Assembly (NCBI GenBank): GCA_043228905.1
Contig: JBHGNT010000017.1
Span: 8,556,001 to 8,620,000 of the forward strand
DNA length: 64,000 nt
Direction: 5' to 3'
Origin: Azolla caroliniana
Lineage: Eukaryota > Plantae > Polypodiophyta
The position numbers were made by a program, and so were the translations under genes. This document shows, piece after piece, positions 12,364 to 25,150 of this stretch (positions within the stretch are counted from its first letter, which is position 1; every line of letters starts with the position of its first letter). The notes under the pieces are model-generated. The model searched no databases. It saw only the letters and a list, made by a program, of their open reading frames with translations, and was not told the DNA's origin.

Positions 12364-13190
12364 GCCGTCTGGTAATGGATTTCGGGAACGATATAATCTA
12401 TATGCGTAAGGACAACAAAACATTCCGCATCAAAGCATACATGCAAAAAGTGCATGAACAAGAAGGCATCCCTCTCGTAGACGATTGGTCAGAAACCATT
12501 GAGTTCGAGACCAACCTCCTAGTGTGCAACCCCACAAAGACAGTTCAATTCTTGACCAGAGGCCAACACTTTCCTCAAAGCCTCACCACTTCCAAAGAGG
12601 AGAACTCACGTGAGAGAGACGACCAATCCGTCGCTTCCGAGACGTCAGAGATGAATTGGGTGCACGCTCTCACCACAACTGACGCAATGTACCCTATAGG
12701 TACAAAGTGTTGTGAAGAGGACGGAGAAACAATCTTGTACTTCAAGGTCACCACCCTGGGACCCCGGCGAAAAGAAGTAGACGTAAAGGACAAAGAACTG
12801 GTACAACGAGTCACACGTACAGTTGACGTCACGACCACTCAGAAGGCTATGACGGAAGCGGACTTCCCAGAGCATTTCAAACTCTATGAACAAGGGAGTA
12901 GTGCAGTGTCTTGTAAGAGACCAAAACACAAACCCCAAAGCCTAGGAGAAGTCTATGATGGACCAGCAAGGGTGAAAGAAATCAACCTTGGGAAAGGGAC
13001 AGACTCTAAATTGGTGTTCATAGCCGCAGATCTCCAGCCCGATGAGGAGGCGTCCTTGATCACCCTCCTCACGGAATTTAGCGATGTGTTTGCATGGTCG
13101 TATGTCGACATGAAGGGAGTCCTAGCTGAGGTCGTCACCCATAGTATCTCCATGCGAGCCGACGCCCATCCAATCCGTCAAAGGCCACGT

Positions 13191-13820
13191 TGTCGAGGTA
13201 TTCCTCGCGGATGCGTGGAATGAGGCGGAACCTCGGGGGTCCTGTACCAAAGAGCAAGAGAGGAAGGAGAAGAGACCCTCTACGTGCGAGCGTAGATCCA
13301 CAGGGACACGGCCCTTCGACGCAAAGACGCAAGCGGGACAGCGACACAGAAAGACACGAATGTATGTATGTATTAACAAAGACAAACAACAAGAACACGA
13401 AGACAACAAAACACGAAGTCGGTTACAACCGAACAGGCCGGCGAACAGATGCCGATACCTGCTCGTAAACGCACAGAGAGGAAGGAGTAGGTTGGAGGTG
13501 TTGCCGGAAGCACTCGGGCATTCCTCAGAGCAGCGCGAGCCTCCCGAAACCTGCACAGAAGGAAGCTATGGCGTTTGCAAACCAGAGAGAGAGAGAGAAG
13601 CCTTCGCGCGCAAACCGACAGCACTTCGTCCTCGACTCTCCGCGATCCCCCCCCCCTTTCTCGTCTCCCTCCTTTTATAGGCAAGGAAGGAGCCGTTTCC
13701 CCTTTTCTTCCTACCCACTAAATCTACCTGCCTAGGATCTTCTATGGACAACATTCGAGAAGAGCCGGTTCCTACGCTCCTGTGCACCGATTCCACTTGT
13801 GGACGGTTTTATTCACGACA
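13191..13820 (-). repeat. 3' LTR of the nested gypsy
   Basis: Near-identical to 19245-19875; adjacent PPT ggtgggggcgga on the minus strand. Confidence 0.95.
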
Positions 13821-13893
13821 TCCGCCCCCACCTAACCGCGCATCCACCGGCATGCGCCAAATTGAGTTGGGACGGAGAAAACCGGTCCAGCCT

Positions 13894-16800
13894 TCATTCC
13901 CCGCCCGTCGGTTCTTCCTCGGTTTCGGATCGTTCGTCGTCGCGGTCCAGGCCAACCGGATCCGGCTCGTCGTCGTGACGCTTCTTGAACGTTTTGATCC
14001 GCTTCCCAGCTACCGGTATCGCCATTCTCGTGCCGTCGAGCTCCCCCAGATGGTACATCCCGTTGTCGTTGGCGCTTTGTACCACGTAAGGCCCGAACCA
14101 CCTTCTTGCGAATTTTCGTGTCGCTCGGTGCTGGTTGTCAAGGCTGCTGTCGTGACTAGCACCCAGTCGCCTTCCTCGATCTTCTTCGGTCGGAGCCGGT
14201 GCATTCGGTCGAACCGGGCCCTCATCCTTGCTTCCCGAAGCTTTTCCGCAGCCTGCTCCACGTCCTCCGGTCTTCGCTCGAGCTGTCGTATACGCGCCGC
14301 CAGCAGTTCCTCCCGGCTCATCTCGTCTCTCCAGTCCACGGTTGCCCACGAGGAGATCGTACGTTCCATCGGCATGACCGGCTTCTGCCCAAACATGAGT
14401 TCTGCCGGCATGAATCCGGTTACCGAACTGTGCGTAGTTTGGTCCGCCCACAACGCGTAAGGCAACAGCCGCGGCCAGTTCCCGACTTGACCTCCGCATG
14501 CCCGAACTAACGCCTTGACGATCGGTCCGTGTCCGCGCTCCACCTTTCCATTCGCCTCCGGATTGTACGCAGTGGTAAGCGAGAGCTTGACTCCTAGCCG
14601 GTCGAACAGCTCCTCGGCCTCTTCGGCGTCCAACTCCCCGCGATCAACCACTATCTTCCCGACGCACCCGTACCGGCATATCACGTCCTCAATCAGGAAC
14701 CGACATACGGCCACGGTCGTTTTGTTTTGAAGGGCTCGGCCTTCTACCTGGTTTGTCAGATCTTCCCGAGCCAGGACCAGGTACCGCATCTGTCCTACTC
14801 CCATCGGCATCGTCACCAGATCTACCATCCATTTGAAGTGGATGGTCGGCGGGTACGTAGGGTGAAGCTCGTCCCGATGTCGGACTACGGAGTGCATCTG
14901 ACAGCTCTCGCAAGTTGTCACGAACAGATGCACGTCCCGGTACAGTCCCGGCCACCAGTACTTCCCCTTTATCTTCTCGAACGTGGCCCACGTTCCACGG
15001 TGTCCAGCCCAAGGGTTGTCGTGGTAGGCCGTCAGCAGCTCCTCCTATTCTTCCTTCATCGCCACCACCCGGAGCGGGACGTCGTTCCTCTTCTTCAGGT
15101 GCTTCCATAAGTATCCGTCCCGGAGAAAGAATCGGTAAGCTTTCTTCCGGACCCGGTTGGCCTCGTCCTTCATCCATGATGCATCCGGCGTCATTGTCCT
15201 CAAAAATCCACCGATCTGTAGCCACTCGTCGTCGTACTTGCTCTCGTCGAAGCCGTTAAGTGCCGGAGTGCTCGCCCCGTCGGTCGTCACGTACGCCGCC
15301 TCGAAGAAGTCCACGCCGATTTCTTCGTCCTCCGAAACCATGCCGCCCTCGTCATCAAACCTCGCCCTCGAAAGCATGTCGGCCATGGCGTTGTCTTTTC
15401 CGGAAATGTGTCGTATTTCCGGGTCCAGGGACTTGATGTACGTTATCCACCTGAGCATCACCAGGTCCGGTGTCGCGCATCCGGAAACTATGCCGAGAAT
15501 TGGAAGCAATCCGTCTCGATAATCACTTCTGTCCCGATCAGGTAGTCTTTGTCGGCCTTTACTGCCGAAACGATACCCCAGAGTTCGCGTTTAACCTGGG
15601 CGTACCCTCGCTGTCGCTCACTGAGGACCTTCACGCCGAATCGGATCGGGAACCGAATGCCGTCCTCGTCTTCTTGGTTGACGACCCATCCGATCCCGGT
15701 CGAACTCGTATCTACCGTTATGTATACCGGGGTACCCTTCCCGTAGACAGCCTTCCGGAGCGCCGGTGCTGTCGCAAGAGCTTCCTTCAGCTTCCAGACC
15801 GACTCCGTGTGCTCGTCTCGCCATTCGAATTTTCGCCCTTTCTTCAGCAACCCATATAGCGGCTCCGCAACGTGGGCGTAATGCGCATGCCCCCAGGAAC
15901 CTCCGAACTTCCGTAACCGAGCTACAGTCGGTCTTCATCGCGGAGATGGCTTCTACCTTTGCCGGAGACGGCTTCCGGCCATATGGCCCACATAGGTGTC
16001 CGACTACCAGGATTTCCGATTGCCCGAAGGCCGATTTCTCCCCGGAGAAGGTGAGCCTCGCATCCTCTAGCCTTTGTAGCACCTTCTCGCAGTCATCGAT
16101 GTGTTTCGCCACGAATCGCCGTCATCCGTCTGGCCCGACTGTCTCGTCCTTCTCCTCCACCGGGCACCCCTTGATCGGGATGTCGTCTAGAAACGGCATG
16201 GTGATGTTCGGGATGCAATCCCTCAGTACCTTGTTCATTGCATTCACCATGTGGGCTACCGAGTTGGTCCCTCCTTGTGGCAGGGTACACATTCGCACTA
16301 GGCCGAGGGGGGTTCGCATCGTCGTAATGTCTCTGCTCTCCACGGCTAGCTGGAACTGGTTGTACCCTGAGTACAGATCACCGACCGAGTAAATCGACCT
16401 TCCGGCGAAGGCCTCTGCGAACTCGTCTATGGTCGGTCCGATTCCTGCGTTCCGAATGGTCACTCTGTTGACCGGCTGCAGGTCTTGAATGAAGCGCAAT
16501 GTTCCGTTTTTCTTCGGTACGGTAAACCATTGGTTCGAGTATGGGGCACTCGACGGTTCAAGAATGCCCATATCTACTTTCTGCCTCAATAGCTCCATCA
16601 ACTTCTGGATGTGAGCTCTCGGTACCGGAATCGGCTTGAGATTCCACGGCACATGCGGTACCGTGAATATCACCATCGGCTCCACGATCGTCGGGTCTAC
16701 GCACCCGATCTCTTCCGGTGAGAATGCGAAGGCTTTCCCGTGCCTTCCGAGCATCCTCCGAAACCGGTCTTCCTCCACTGGCAGTAGGAACCCGGCCCCA

Positions 16801-17300
16801 CCGATTTTGAGCTCCCGGAGCGTCCCGTCAGTGAAGGTGTGTCCTATGCAGGCCGGATCTCGTAAACTGGGGTCCGACGCAACCCCTTTGATCCGGGACT
16901 CGCTGCCCTCCGGTAAGGGTGCCGCGACTGGCCTTACCTTCCGGTCCACAGTCTTGTACTTTGTGCTAACTCGGGCCGTCCGATCCGACCCGAGCCCCCG
17001 ACTGAAGTTCGCATTAAGGTATCGTCCGGTCTTCATTAAGGTCTTCTCCGGCTACCTCCCCCAGCATTCCCAAGGTGTCGTCGAAGGAGACCGCCTCCAC
17101 GGCTCCGCTGATTTCCTCGTCCGGGCCGAGAACTCCGCACGCTCGAAGTCGCACTTCCGCCCTTGTCTTTTCTCGGCCAACGATGCCGATTATCATACAC
17201 CCTCCGTTGTTGGAGAAGCAGAATTTCCTACTTATCGTACAGTCGTGGGGTCCTTTCCGAGTGTCCGGGCTGTCTCGGCCCCACGCCTTGGCAGCCCTCT
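13894..17300 (-). pseudogene. pol: pol ORF2 (RT, RNase H, integrase) of the nested gypsy, frameshifted
   Basis: VPKKNGTLRFIQDLQ; LPQG; FLDD; ITVDTSSTGIG; YAQVKRELWG; YNPEANGKVERGH; WFGPY. Confidence 0.9.
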
Positions 17301-19228
17301 CTAAAAATCCTCCCGGTTCTCGCCACCGAGGGATTCGCGGTTTCTCTCGTGGTTCGGCCGCACCGTCAGAAATTGGACCGAATGGCGCCCGTCCTGGCTT
17401 TTGACCCTCGCGTAGGCCGACCCGTTGTCCAGCACTTTGGTCTCCATCCGCGCCGCCGTGATGTATGGTTCACCTAATATGACCGGGTGCGAGGACGTCT
17501 CCTGTACGAAGAAGTGCTGGTCAATCTCGACGTCGCCGATCTTGACTCGCACGTTCGGGCAGGCCCCATGCAGTTCCTCGGTGGCGCGCGTCGCCGCCCG
17601 TATCTTCCACCCGTGCTTGGTGTTGATCGGCCACTTCCCCTTCTTATAGAAGTCCATGGACATCAGGTTTATTTCTGAACCGTGGTCCACCAATGCCACC
17701 ACCGGTTCCTGAACATCTCCAATCTTTACCGGGGTCTCCGTGGTCGCTGGGCCCAGTGTGGCCTCGAATAGTGGCTCTCCGCCCACTCATCTGCCAGCGC
17801 CGAGTCGTCGATGTGCGTCGTCCGCACCTCTACCGGTCTTTCCGGTTCCGTCTCCGTCGACAGCCTCTTCTGTTTCACCAAGTCTACAATGGAGTCGTGG
17901 AACTCCTTCTTGGCGATCCCTAGCACCTCCCGCAATGACAGCTCCACTTTGCTGTCGAGGATCCGTTCTTCTAGGACCTTTCGTAGGTCTGTAGTCCTTT
18001 CTATTTCCGTCCCCAATCGTTATCCGCCCTTCCTGGGGTTATCTTGCGAGCTGGACCCGCCGGCATCGTTCCGTCGTTGCCCGAATCGGGTCTCGTACCG
18101 TTGTGAGGGCCCGGCCGCTCCGGCTTTCCCCACTCGTTTGTCTTCTACCAGAGCCTCGTAGATCCAGCAGGCGGCTTCTACGAAGCCCGTCTTCTCCTCG
18201 ACCGGATCGCTCCACCCGGTTATTTCCCGGACCCGTCTCTCAGCGTGGTCCGTTTCATCTTTCCTTAGTCGTGCGCCAGCAAGACCTCCCAGCATTGCCG
18301 ACCAGAATCCGTCTTTGCCCTCTGTTCGGGCCTCGCTGCCCCCGACCCGAATTCCGGCCCACGCCGAGTAGTGGATGGCCTCTACGTGTCGGGCCGCTGC
18401 CTCTTCCATCAGTCTCTTCATACCTCCTCGCCTGTCGTTTCGGTTCAGGGCCCTCCTGCTGTCGCCGGCGTGCACCCGGCCTTCCCACAGGTACACCACC
18501 CGGTTCCTCAACGCCTCTGCGAAATCGCCGCAGTCCTTCCGAATGTGGCCGACCTCGTCGCACCACATGCACTTGTTCCCCGCTGCCGGTCGTCGGTCAC
18601 GAACCGGTTCGCCGCCTTCCCTTCGAGTCTGGGCGATCTGGAGATCCTTTATCGCCCGCGTCAACTCCTCTAGCGCTGCTCCTCCGACTTGTTCCCGGTC
18701 CCGCTCGTCCACCGACTTGACGAACAATAGGACTCGGCTCGTATCCAGAACGGTTCGGTCAAGCGCCGAAAGGCGCGCAAAGCGTTCTTCAAACTCCCGG
18801 AGGAGTGCCGACGTGTTTCTTCCCTTGCCGGGGGACTCCACCCATTCCATGAAGTCCCGTTTCAAAAGCCGGAGCGCGTCGTCCAGCCCGTATTTTTCTA
18901 GGAGTCGGCCTTCGAACTCCTCCCAGGTACGGCTCTCCGCCCGCACTTCGAGCACCTCCGCATGGATGCTCGGCATCGCCACTCGAGGAAACCCGGCAAG
19001 ACGCCTCTCTTCCGGAATGTCCCACATTAGCATTTCTGCCCCGTAGGACGCCAAATACTTCGTGGCATCCTTTCCGCTGAACCGGCCGATCGTACCGACG
19101 ACCGCCTCAATGGCTCTGTCGAGGGCGCTGGTGCCCTCGCGTGCACTCAATATCCGATCCACGGCCGAAGCCATGGCCTCTGCAAGATCCGACCCCTTCA
19201 TCTTCTGCTCTTCTGCCGCCTCCTTCAC
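17301..19228 (-). pseudogene. gag: gag-protease ORF1 of the nested gypsy
   Basis: CMWCDEVGHIRKDC knuckle; protease ALVDHGSEINLM...VILGEPY; ends REDF-TAG. Confidence 0.85.
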
Positions 19229-19241
19229 GTCGGGTTCACCA
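19224..19241 (-). promoter_or_regulatory. Primer binding site complementary to the tRNA-Trp 3' end
   Basis: Plus strand TTCACGTCGGGTTCACCA matches, from memory, the 3' end of plant tRNA-Trp plus CCA; 3 nt from the LTR. Confidence 0.85.
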
Positions 19242-19244
19242 AGA

Positions 19245-19875
19245 TGTCGAGGTATTCCTCACGGATGCGTGGAATGAGGCGGAACCTCGGGGGTCCTGTA
19301 CCAAAGAGCAAGAGAGGAAGGAGAAGAGACCCTCTACGTGCGAGCGTAGATCCACAGGGACACGGCCCTTCGACGCAAAGACGCAAGCAGGACAGCGACA
19401 CAGAAAGACACGAATGTATGTATGTATTAACAAAGACAAACAACAAGAACACGAAGACAACAAAACACGAAGTCGGTTACAACCGAACAGGCCGGCGAAC
19501 AGATGCCGATACCTGCTCGTAAACGCACAGAGAGGAAGGAGTAGGTTGGAGGTGCTGCCGGAAGCACTCGGGCATTCCTCAGAGCAGCGCGAGCCTCCCG
19601 AAACCTGCACAGAAGGAAGCTATGGCGTTTGCAAACCAGAGAGAGAGAGAGAAGCCTTCGCGCGCAAACCGACAGCACTTCGTCCTCGACTCTCCGCGAT
19701 CCCCCCCCCCCTTTCTTGTCTCCCTCCTTTTATAGGCAAGGAAGGAGTCGTTTCCCCTTTTCTTCCTACCCACTAAATCTACCTGCCTAGGATCTTCTAT
19801 GGACAACATTCGAGAAGAGCCGGTTCCTACGCTCCTGTGCACCGATTCCGCTTGTGGACGGTTTTCTTCACGACA
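19245..19875 (-). repeat. 5' LTR of the nested gypsy
   Basis: Near-identical to 13191-13820. Confidence 0.95.
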
Positions 19876-22601
19876 ACGTCCAATGAACCCTAGCTACGCC
19901 CAACAAGTGAAAGCCAAAATCAACAAAATGTTGGCTGCAAGCATTATCTACCCAATCGAACGAACTACTTGGGTCACCCCGATTGTAGTCGTCCCAAAGA
20001 AAAATGGCCAGATCCGCATATGTGTCGACTACCGCCAAGTTAACGAAGCCACTATCAAGGACAATTACCCGATACCCTACATCGAACATCTACTCGAAAG
20101 AACCGCGGGAGCAGAAGCGTATAGCTTCATCAACGGGTTCCCCGGGTACAACCAAATCTCGGTGGTCCCTGAGGATCAACAAAAGACAGCTTTCGCCACA
20201 GAATTTGGTACGTTCACGTATAAACAGATGCCTTTCGAACTCACGAGTGCCATGAGCACCTACCAAAGAGTGGCGGACCATATCTTTGCAACAAGGTTAC
20301 GACAAGGGGTGGAGTCTTATGTTGACGACTTATGTTGCAATTCGAAATGGCATGACCACTTGGGGCTACTCCGTTTGACGTTTGAAAAATGTTGAACCTA
20401 TCAACTCTCTCTCAACCCGCTCAAGTGTGAGTTCTGGGTCAAGCACGGAATAATATTAGGACACGTCGTGTCCCGCCACGGGATCTCGACCGATGAGGCA
20501 AAAGTAAAACTCATCCTCGACAGGCCACCCCCCACGAACGAGAAACAACTACAAGGGTTCATGGGATACGTGGGCTACTATAGACGCTTCATTAAGATGT
20601 TCGAGGACAAGGCTAGACCACTCTACTTCCTATTAAAGCAGTTTGTGTGGACAAAAGAATGCACACACTCCTTCAAGCTCTTGAAAGAGTGCCTAACTAA
20701 GGCCCCCATCCTCTGACCTCCCGATTGGACCAAAGAATTCCACGTTCACACCGACGCTTCCGCCTTCGCGATTGGTGCAGTGCTAGCTCAACCCGGTGAA
20801 GGGGCACTCGACCTTCCGGTCACCTTCACTAGTCGCCAACTAAATGCCACGGAACGAAATTACTCCACGACGGAATGGGAGGCTTTGGCCATGGTTTACA
20901 GCGTAAAGAAATTCCGCCACAACCTTTTGGCATCCCGATTCTCGTTTTTTGTAGATCATCAGGCCCTACTCTACTTAGTAAACAAAACTCACGCCACCGA
21001 ACGCATCTCACGATGGATCATAACAATACTCGAGTTCGACTTCAAGGTAGTAGTGAGAAAAGGGAAAGACCATGTACTCGCCGATCATTTCTCCCAGATT
21101 CCCAACGGAGAAGAAGCCATTGGGGTTGATTATTCGCGATCGACACCGTACCAGCATGGGCATCAGACATAGTTCGCATCCTAACTGAAGGAGCGTCCTT
21201 CCTAAAACAACTACCACGGACACACGCGCGTGTGTTGCTAAAGAAATGGGCCCCTTCACGATGCTCCGAGGCAATTTGTACCGTCGGGGTAACGACGATC
21301 TACTTTGGAGGTGTATAACAGACCATGACGTCGTCACCACCCTCGAACAAGCTCATTGCGGGAGTGGAAGTGGTCATTTCAATCACGAGACCACGTCGCG
21401 CAAGATCCTCCAGTCCGGTCTATGGTGGCCAACACTCTTCAAAGACGCATATGCGTATGTATGCCATTGTGACGAGTGCCAATGTTTCAAACACCCGCTA
21501 AAAGCGGATTTTAATACTTTAAACTCGGTGGTGGCATGGCAACCATTCGAGAAATGGGGTATCGACTTTATCGGCCCAATCAGCCCAGCTTCCAACCTCA
21601 ACCGATACATAATAACCGCCACCGACTATGCCACCAAGTGGGTTGAAGCTAAAGCTTGTGTTAACGCCGATGCGCGTAGTACTGTCAAATTCCTATATGA
21701 AAATGTCATTGTACGGTTTGGATGTCCGCTTGAAATCATTAGTGACCGAGGCTCGCATTTCCTGAACGAGGTGGCAGCACATTTACTAGGCGAGTTTATG
21801 GTGACACACCGCAAAAGTTCTCCTTATTACCCTCGATGCAATGGACAAGCAGAAAGCACGAATAAGGTGTCATGTGCAGTGCTCACAAAGATAGTCGCCG
21901 CCTCACGATCTGATTGGAGCACCAAACTCCAAGCAGCATGATGGGCTTTCCGTACTTCCTACAAGGTCGCAACTCGCCACACACCATTCAAACTAGTGTA
22001 TGGGCAAGAGGCAGTATTACCCATCGAGTTCCTTGTCCCCAGCCTCGGGATCGCCGCACAAGAACGATGGGACGGGGACCCCCTCCTGTCACGCCTAGAG
22101 AACCTACAACGACTGACAGAAACCCGCCTTCTCGCATTCCAAGCACTCTTGGCAGAGAAAGCCAATAGAAAGGTGTGGCACGACAATAAAGTCAAGAACA
22201 AAGACCTCGCTGAAGGCGACATGGCCCTCAGATTCTCCTTTTAACGACACAAGAAGAAGCTTAAGTTACGGGGTGAAGGCCCGTATGTGGTTTTGGAGAT
22301 TACCAAGACAGGAGCATGTCGCCTACGCATGATCGAAGGTTTTGAAATCCCTGGGTTCATTAATGGGAGCAAGCTCAAACGTTACTATGGACCCCTCACA
22401 CTCGAGGCTCTACTCACGGCTCGGCAACGAGAGGTAGAGGCAAAACTTAAAGCCTCCGAAGGCCGAATGGCCCGGCTCGAAACCGACCTGCACAATATGC
22501 AAGAGAAATTGAAGCAACAGGGACACGCCCATCCAGTAGCCATGGCTCAGGCGGCCAACTCTAATGACAGAACAATACAACTATGATGCTGCGTCGACGA
22601 C

Positions 22602-22900
22602 ATGCCTTTGACGACGGTAATCGACACAGGAGCATCGCTAACCCTTTTCTGCTTCGAAACATGGAGACGTCTAGGCTGCCCAGACCTCGAAGTGTGCAAC
22701 GACAACTTCCGTGGCTTCGATGCGTCCTCGTCGTGCTGCTTGGGAACTTTCGGGTGTAGCATCAAGACAAAATACAACGCGCACTCAATCCAAGTTCGGG
22801 TACTCCCACCCGGAGTGATGTACACACAATGCCTCCTCAGTTTAGATTGGTGTCGCATAAGCGAATGTCTCCTATCACCTAGCAAACACATCGTCTCTTT
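22602..22900 (+). pseudogene. Second retropepsin (aspartic protease) domain downstream of integrase
   Basis: VIDTGASLT...FRGFD...CLLSLDW; same frame as the integrase C-terminus, separated by one TGA. Confidence 0.75.
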
Positions 22901-23012
22901 CCAATCAGGAGATGGACTGAAGTCCGAGGACCTCGTCGCAACGACACTCGAATCACATCCCGCTTTCCTCGCTGATCCCCAAAGCGTGGAGTTACCCAAA
23001 CAAGCAACACAC

Positions 23013-23560
23013 CAACACCCACGGGTCATCCATGGCCAACGCGACACTAACATTAGAACACGGACACCCAAACCACGAGAATGGGTGAACATCCACGTAG
23101 TGTTCACTGAAGGCCCACGCTGCGAAGAACGTGCGGTGTGGCGAGTCAGAAAAATACTCACAACCGCACAAGGTTGGCACAATGGCGCCACTAGCTTTTG
23201 GGTTCCGAAACGAAACCGACTCCCCGCTCGCGATCGAAACACCCCTGCATGGGACATCGATGAACCCCAAGGCGCGGAGTCGCCCAACCAAACCGAATGC
23301 CAACACCCACTGGTCACCCAAGACTAGCGCGACGCTAACGTCAGAACACAGACACCCAAACCACGGGAATGGGTGAATGTTCACGTTGTTTTTGCGAACG
23401 GACAACGTTGTGGAGAATCTGCCATTTGGCGAGTCAAAAAGACACTCACAACCGCACAAGGTTGGCACAAAGGTGCCACTAGCTTCTGGGTCCCAAAACG
23501 AAGCCAACTCCCCAGGCACGATCATACCACGCCTGTAGGGGACACCTGAAAATCATACAC
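23013..23560 (+). repeat. ~288-bp tandem duplication at the end of the pol frame
   Basis: caacacccac...gaatgggtgaa...caaccgcacaaggttggcacaa at ~23013 and ~23301. Confidence 0.8.
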
Positions 23561-24814
23561 ATAAGTCTGGTATCCTACCCAGGCTAAAGCCACAGGAATC
23601 GACAAGCCTAAACAACTGAGAGACTGAACACCCCATAGAAAGGTTTCACAAATCCTCCCCATCCCCTTAACAAACATGCCGCAAGTTTGGATCCTTAAAA
23701 GTCACGGATCCGGAACCTCACACGATACCCGAATGACACTCCCTCCACATTTGCACCCTCAAGGTTTCTCAAAAGCTCTTAATTTATCCCATCCCCTACC
23801 ACGTTCCCCGTAGACCCCCGTTCAAACCTCCCGCCCGTATGCCAACCTAGCCACCCCGCAGTTTCTTAGTCATCATCGGTATCCGAATCTTTTCCATCGA
23901 TTCCCCCTTGCCTTCCGACCTCGCGTCCCCGTCGGTTGTCCCTCGTTGCCGTGGTTTATGTTTTATTTTTTTATTTTTTTTATTTTTTTATTTTTTATGA
24001 TCTTTATTATTATTTTATTGATTTAATTTATTTTTAATGACTATTATTTTCAATTTTATTTGTATTCATTGGTTTATTTTTATTTTTTAATTTTATGATT
24101 TTTATTATTTTATTTTCTATAACGATTATTATTATTATTATTATTATTTATTTTATTTTATTATTTTATTTTATTTTATTTATTTATTTATTTTGTTGTT
24201 TTCTTATTTCTTATTTCTTCTTCTTCTTTGCTCTACCCCCCCTTCCTCCTGTTTTTAGCACTCCTCCTTCTGCTTGTCCCCTTCCTTCTCGCTACCCGCT
24301 CTACAAAACTCTTCCCCCTCTCCCCCCTTACACTATTCCTCCCCTCCTCCCCCCTCTCTCTCTGTTCGGCGCCCGTGGATTTCTCCCACCCTCAGCGTTC
24401 CTGCCCCTACTCCACCGGTCCCCTCCCCCAATCGCCGCCCCGTCTCCTCCACACCCTACTTTCCCATGCCTCAGGTAGGCCCTTCCCCCCCCCCCCCTGT
24501 CGTTTCGCCACACCGCACTGCCCTCCTCTTGTTCGCCATACCTACACTTCGTTCCTCTGCGGAGGTCATGGCCGCCGCCACGACGCTGCCCCCCTCCTCC
24601 TGTCATCGGCACATTATGGGCCACCCAGCCACGACTTGTTATGCTTCCCCGGTGGCGGCCATAGCCGCCGCCCCTCCTCGTGGCACTGCTCGTTCACGAT
24701 GCCACACCGTCCCAGTATTTTTGGTTCCCCCCCCCCCGAGGCGGCCATGACAGCTGCCTCGTCGTTTTCACCCTCCCCACGTCGTTGGCCATTTACAGAC
24801 CACTACGCCTCATG

Positions 24815-25020
24815 GTTCGAGGGGCCCAACCCCTCGAACTACCCGTTGTTCGAGGAGTCCAACCCCTCGAACCACACCGAGTCCAACTCCTCGAACCACG
24901 CGTTGTTCGAGGAGCCCAACCCCTCGAACGACCCGTTGTTTAAGGAGTCCAACCCCTTGAACCACACCCAGTCCAACTCCTCGAACCACACGTTCGAGGA
25001 GTCCAACTCCTCGAACACGT
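24815..25020. repeat. Short tandem repeats (gaggagtccaacccctcgaac) in the 3' region of the element
   Basis: Visible repeats; translate as repeated EESNPSNH. Confidence 0.8.
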
Positions 25021-25150
25021 AACTCTTAGTTGTTGAGTTACTACGTAGTTAGGACTCCACGTCCCGCTCCGTCACAGGAAATCTATTGAAACTACCCGAA
25101 CTTGTTGATTCGTCACCACATTTAACTATACTAATAATTTTCCTCGCAAG

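Larger units (their letters stand above)
13191..19875 (-). mobile_element. Nested GC-rich full-length Ty3/gypsy element with fungal-like features
   Basis: LTRs 13191-13820 and 19245-19875 (TGTCG...CGACA) differ at roughly 8 positions by eye; 4-bp TSD ACGT; PPT 13821-13832; PBS 19224-19241. Confidence 0.95.
12345..22586 (+). pseudogene. pol: pol of the Athila-like element (protease tail, RT, RNase H, integrase), split by the nested element
   Basis: Removing the insert restores RQRPRPMNPSY; VPKKNGQIRICVDY; YVDD; NYSTTEWEAL; KWGIDFIGP; SDRGSHF; GPY module. Confidence 0.9.

Noticed and set aside
13122-19842. Many long antisense and overlapping ORFs
   Set aside because: Expected shadow frames of GC-rich retroelement sequence and LTRs; no motifs
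24095-25022. Hydrophobic and Pro-rich ORFs as membrane or extensin proteins
   Set aside because: They derive from (T/A)-rich and C-rich low-complexity tracts
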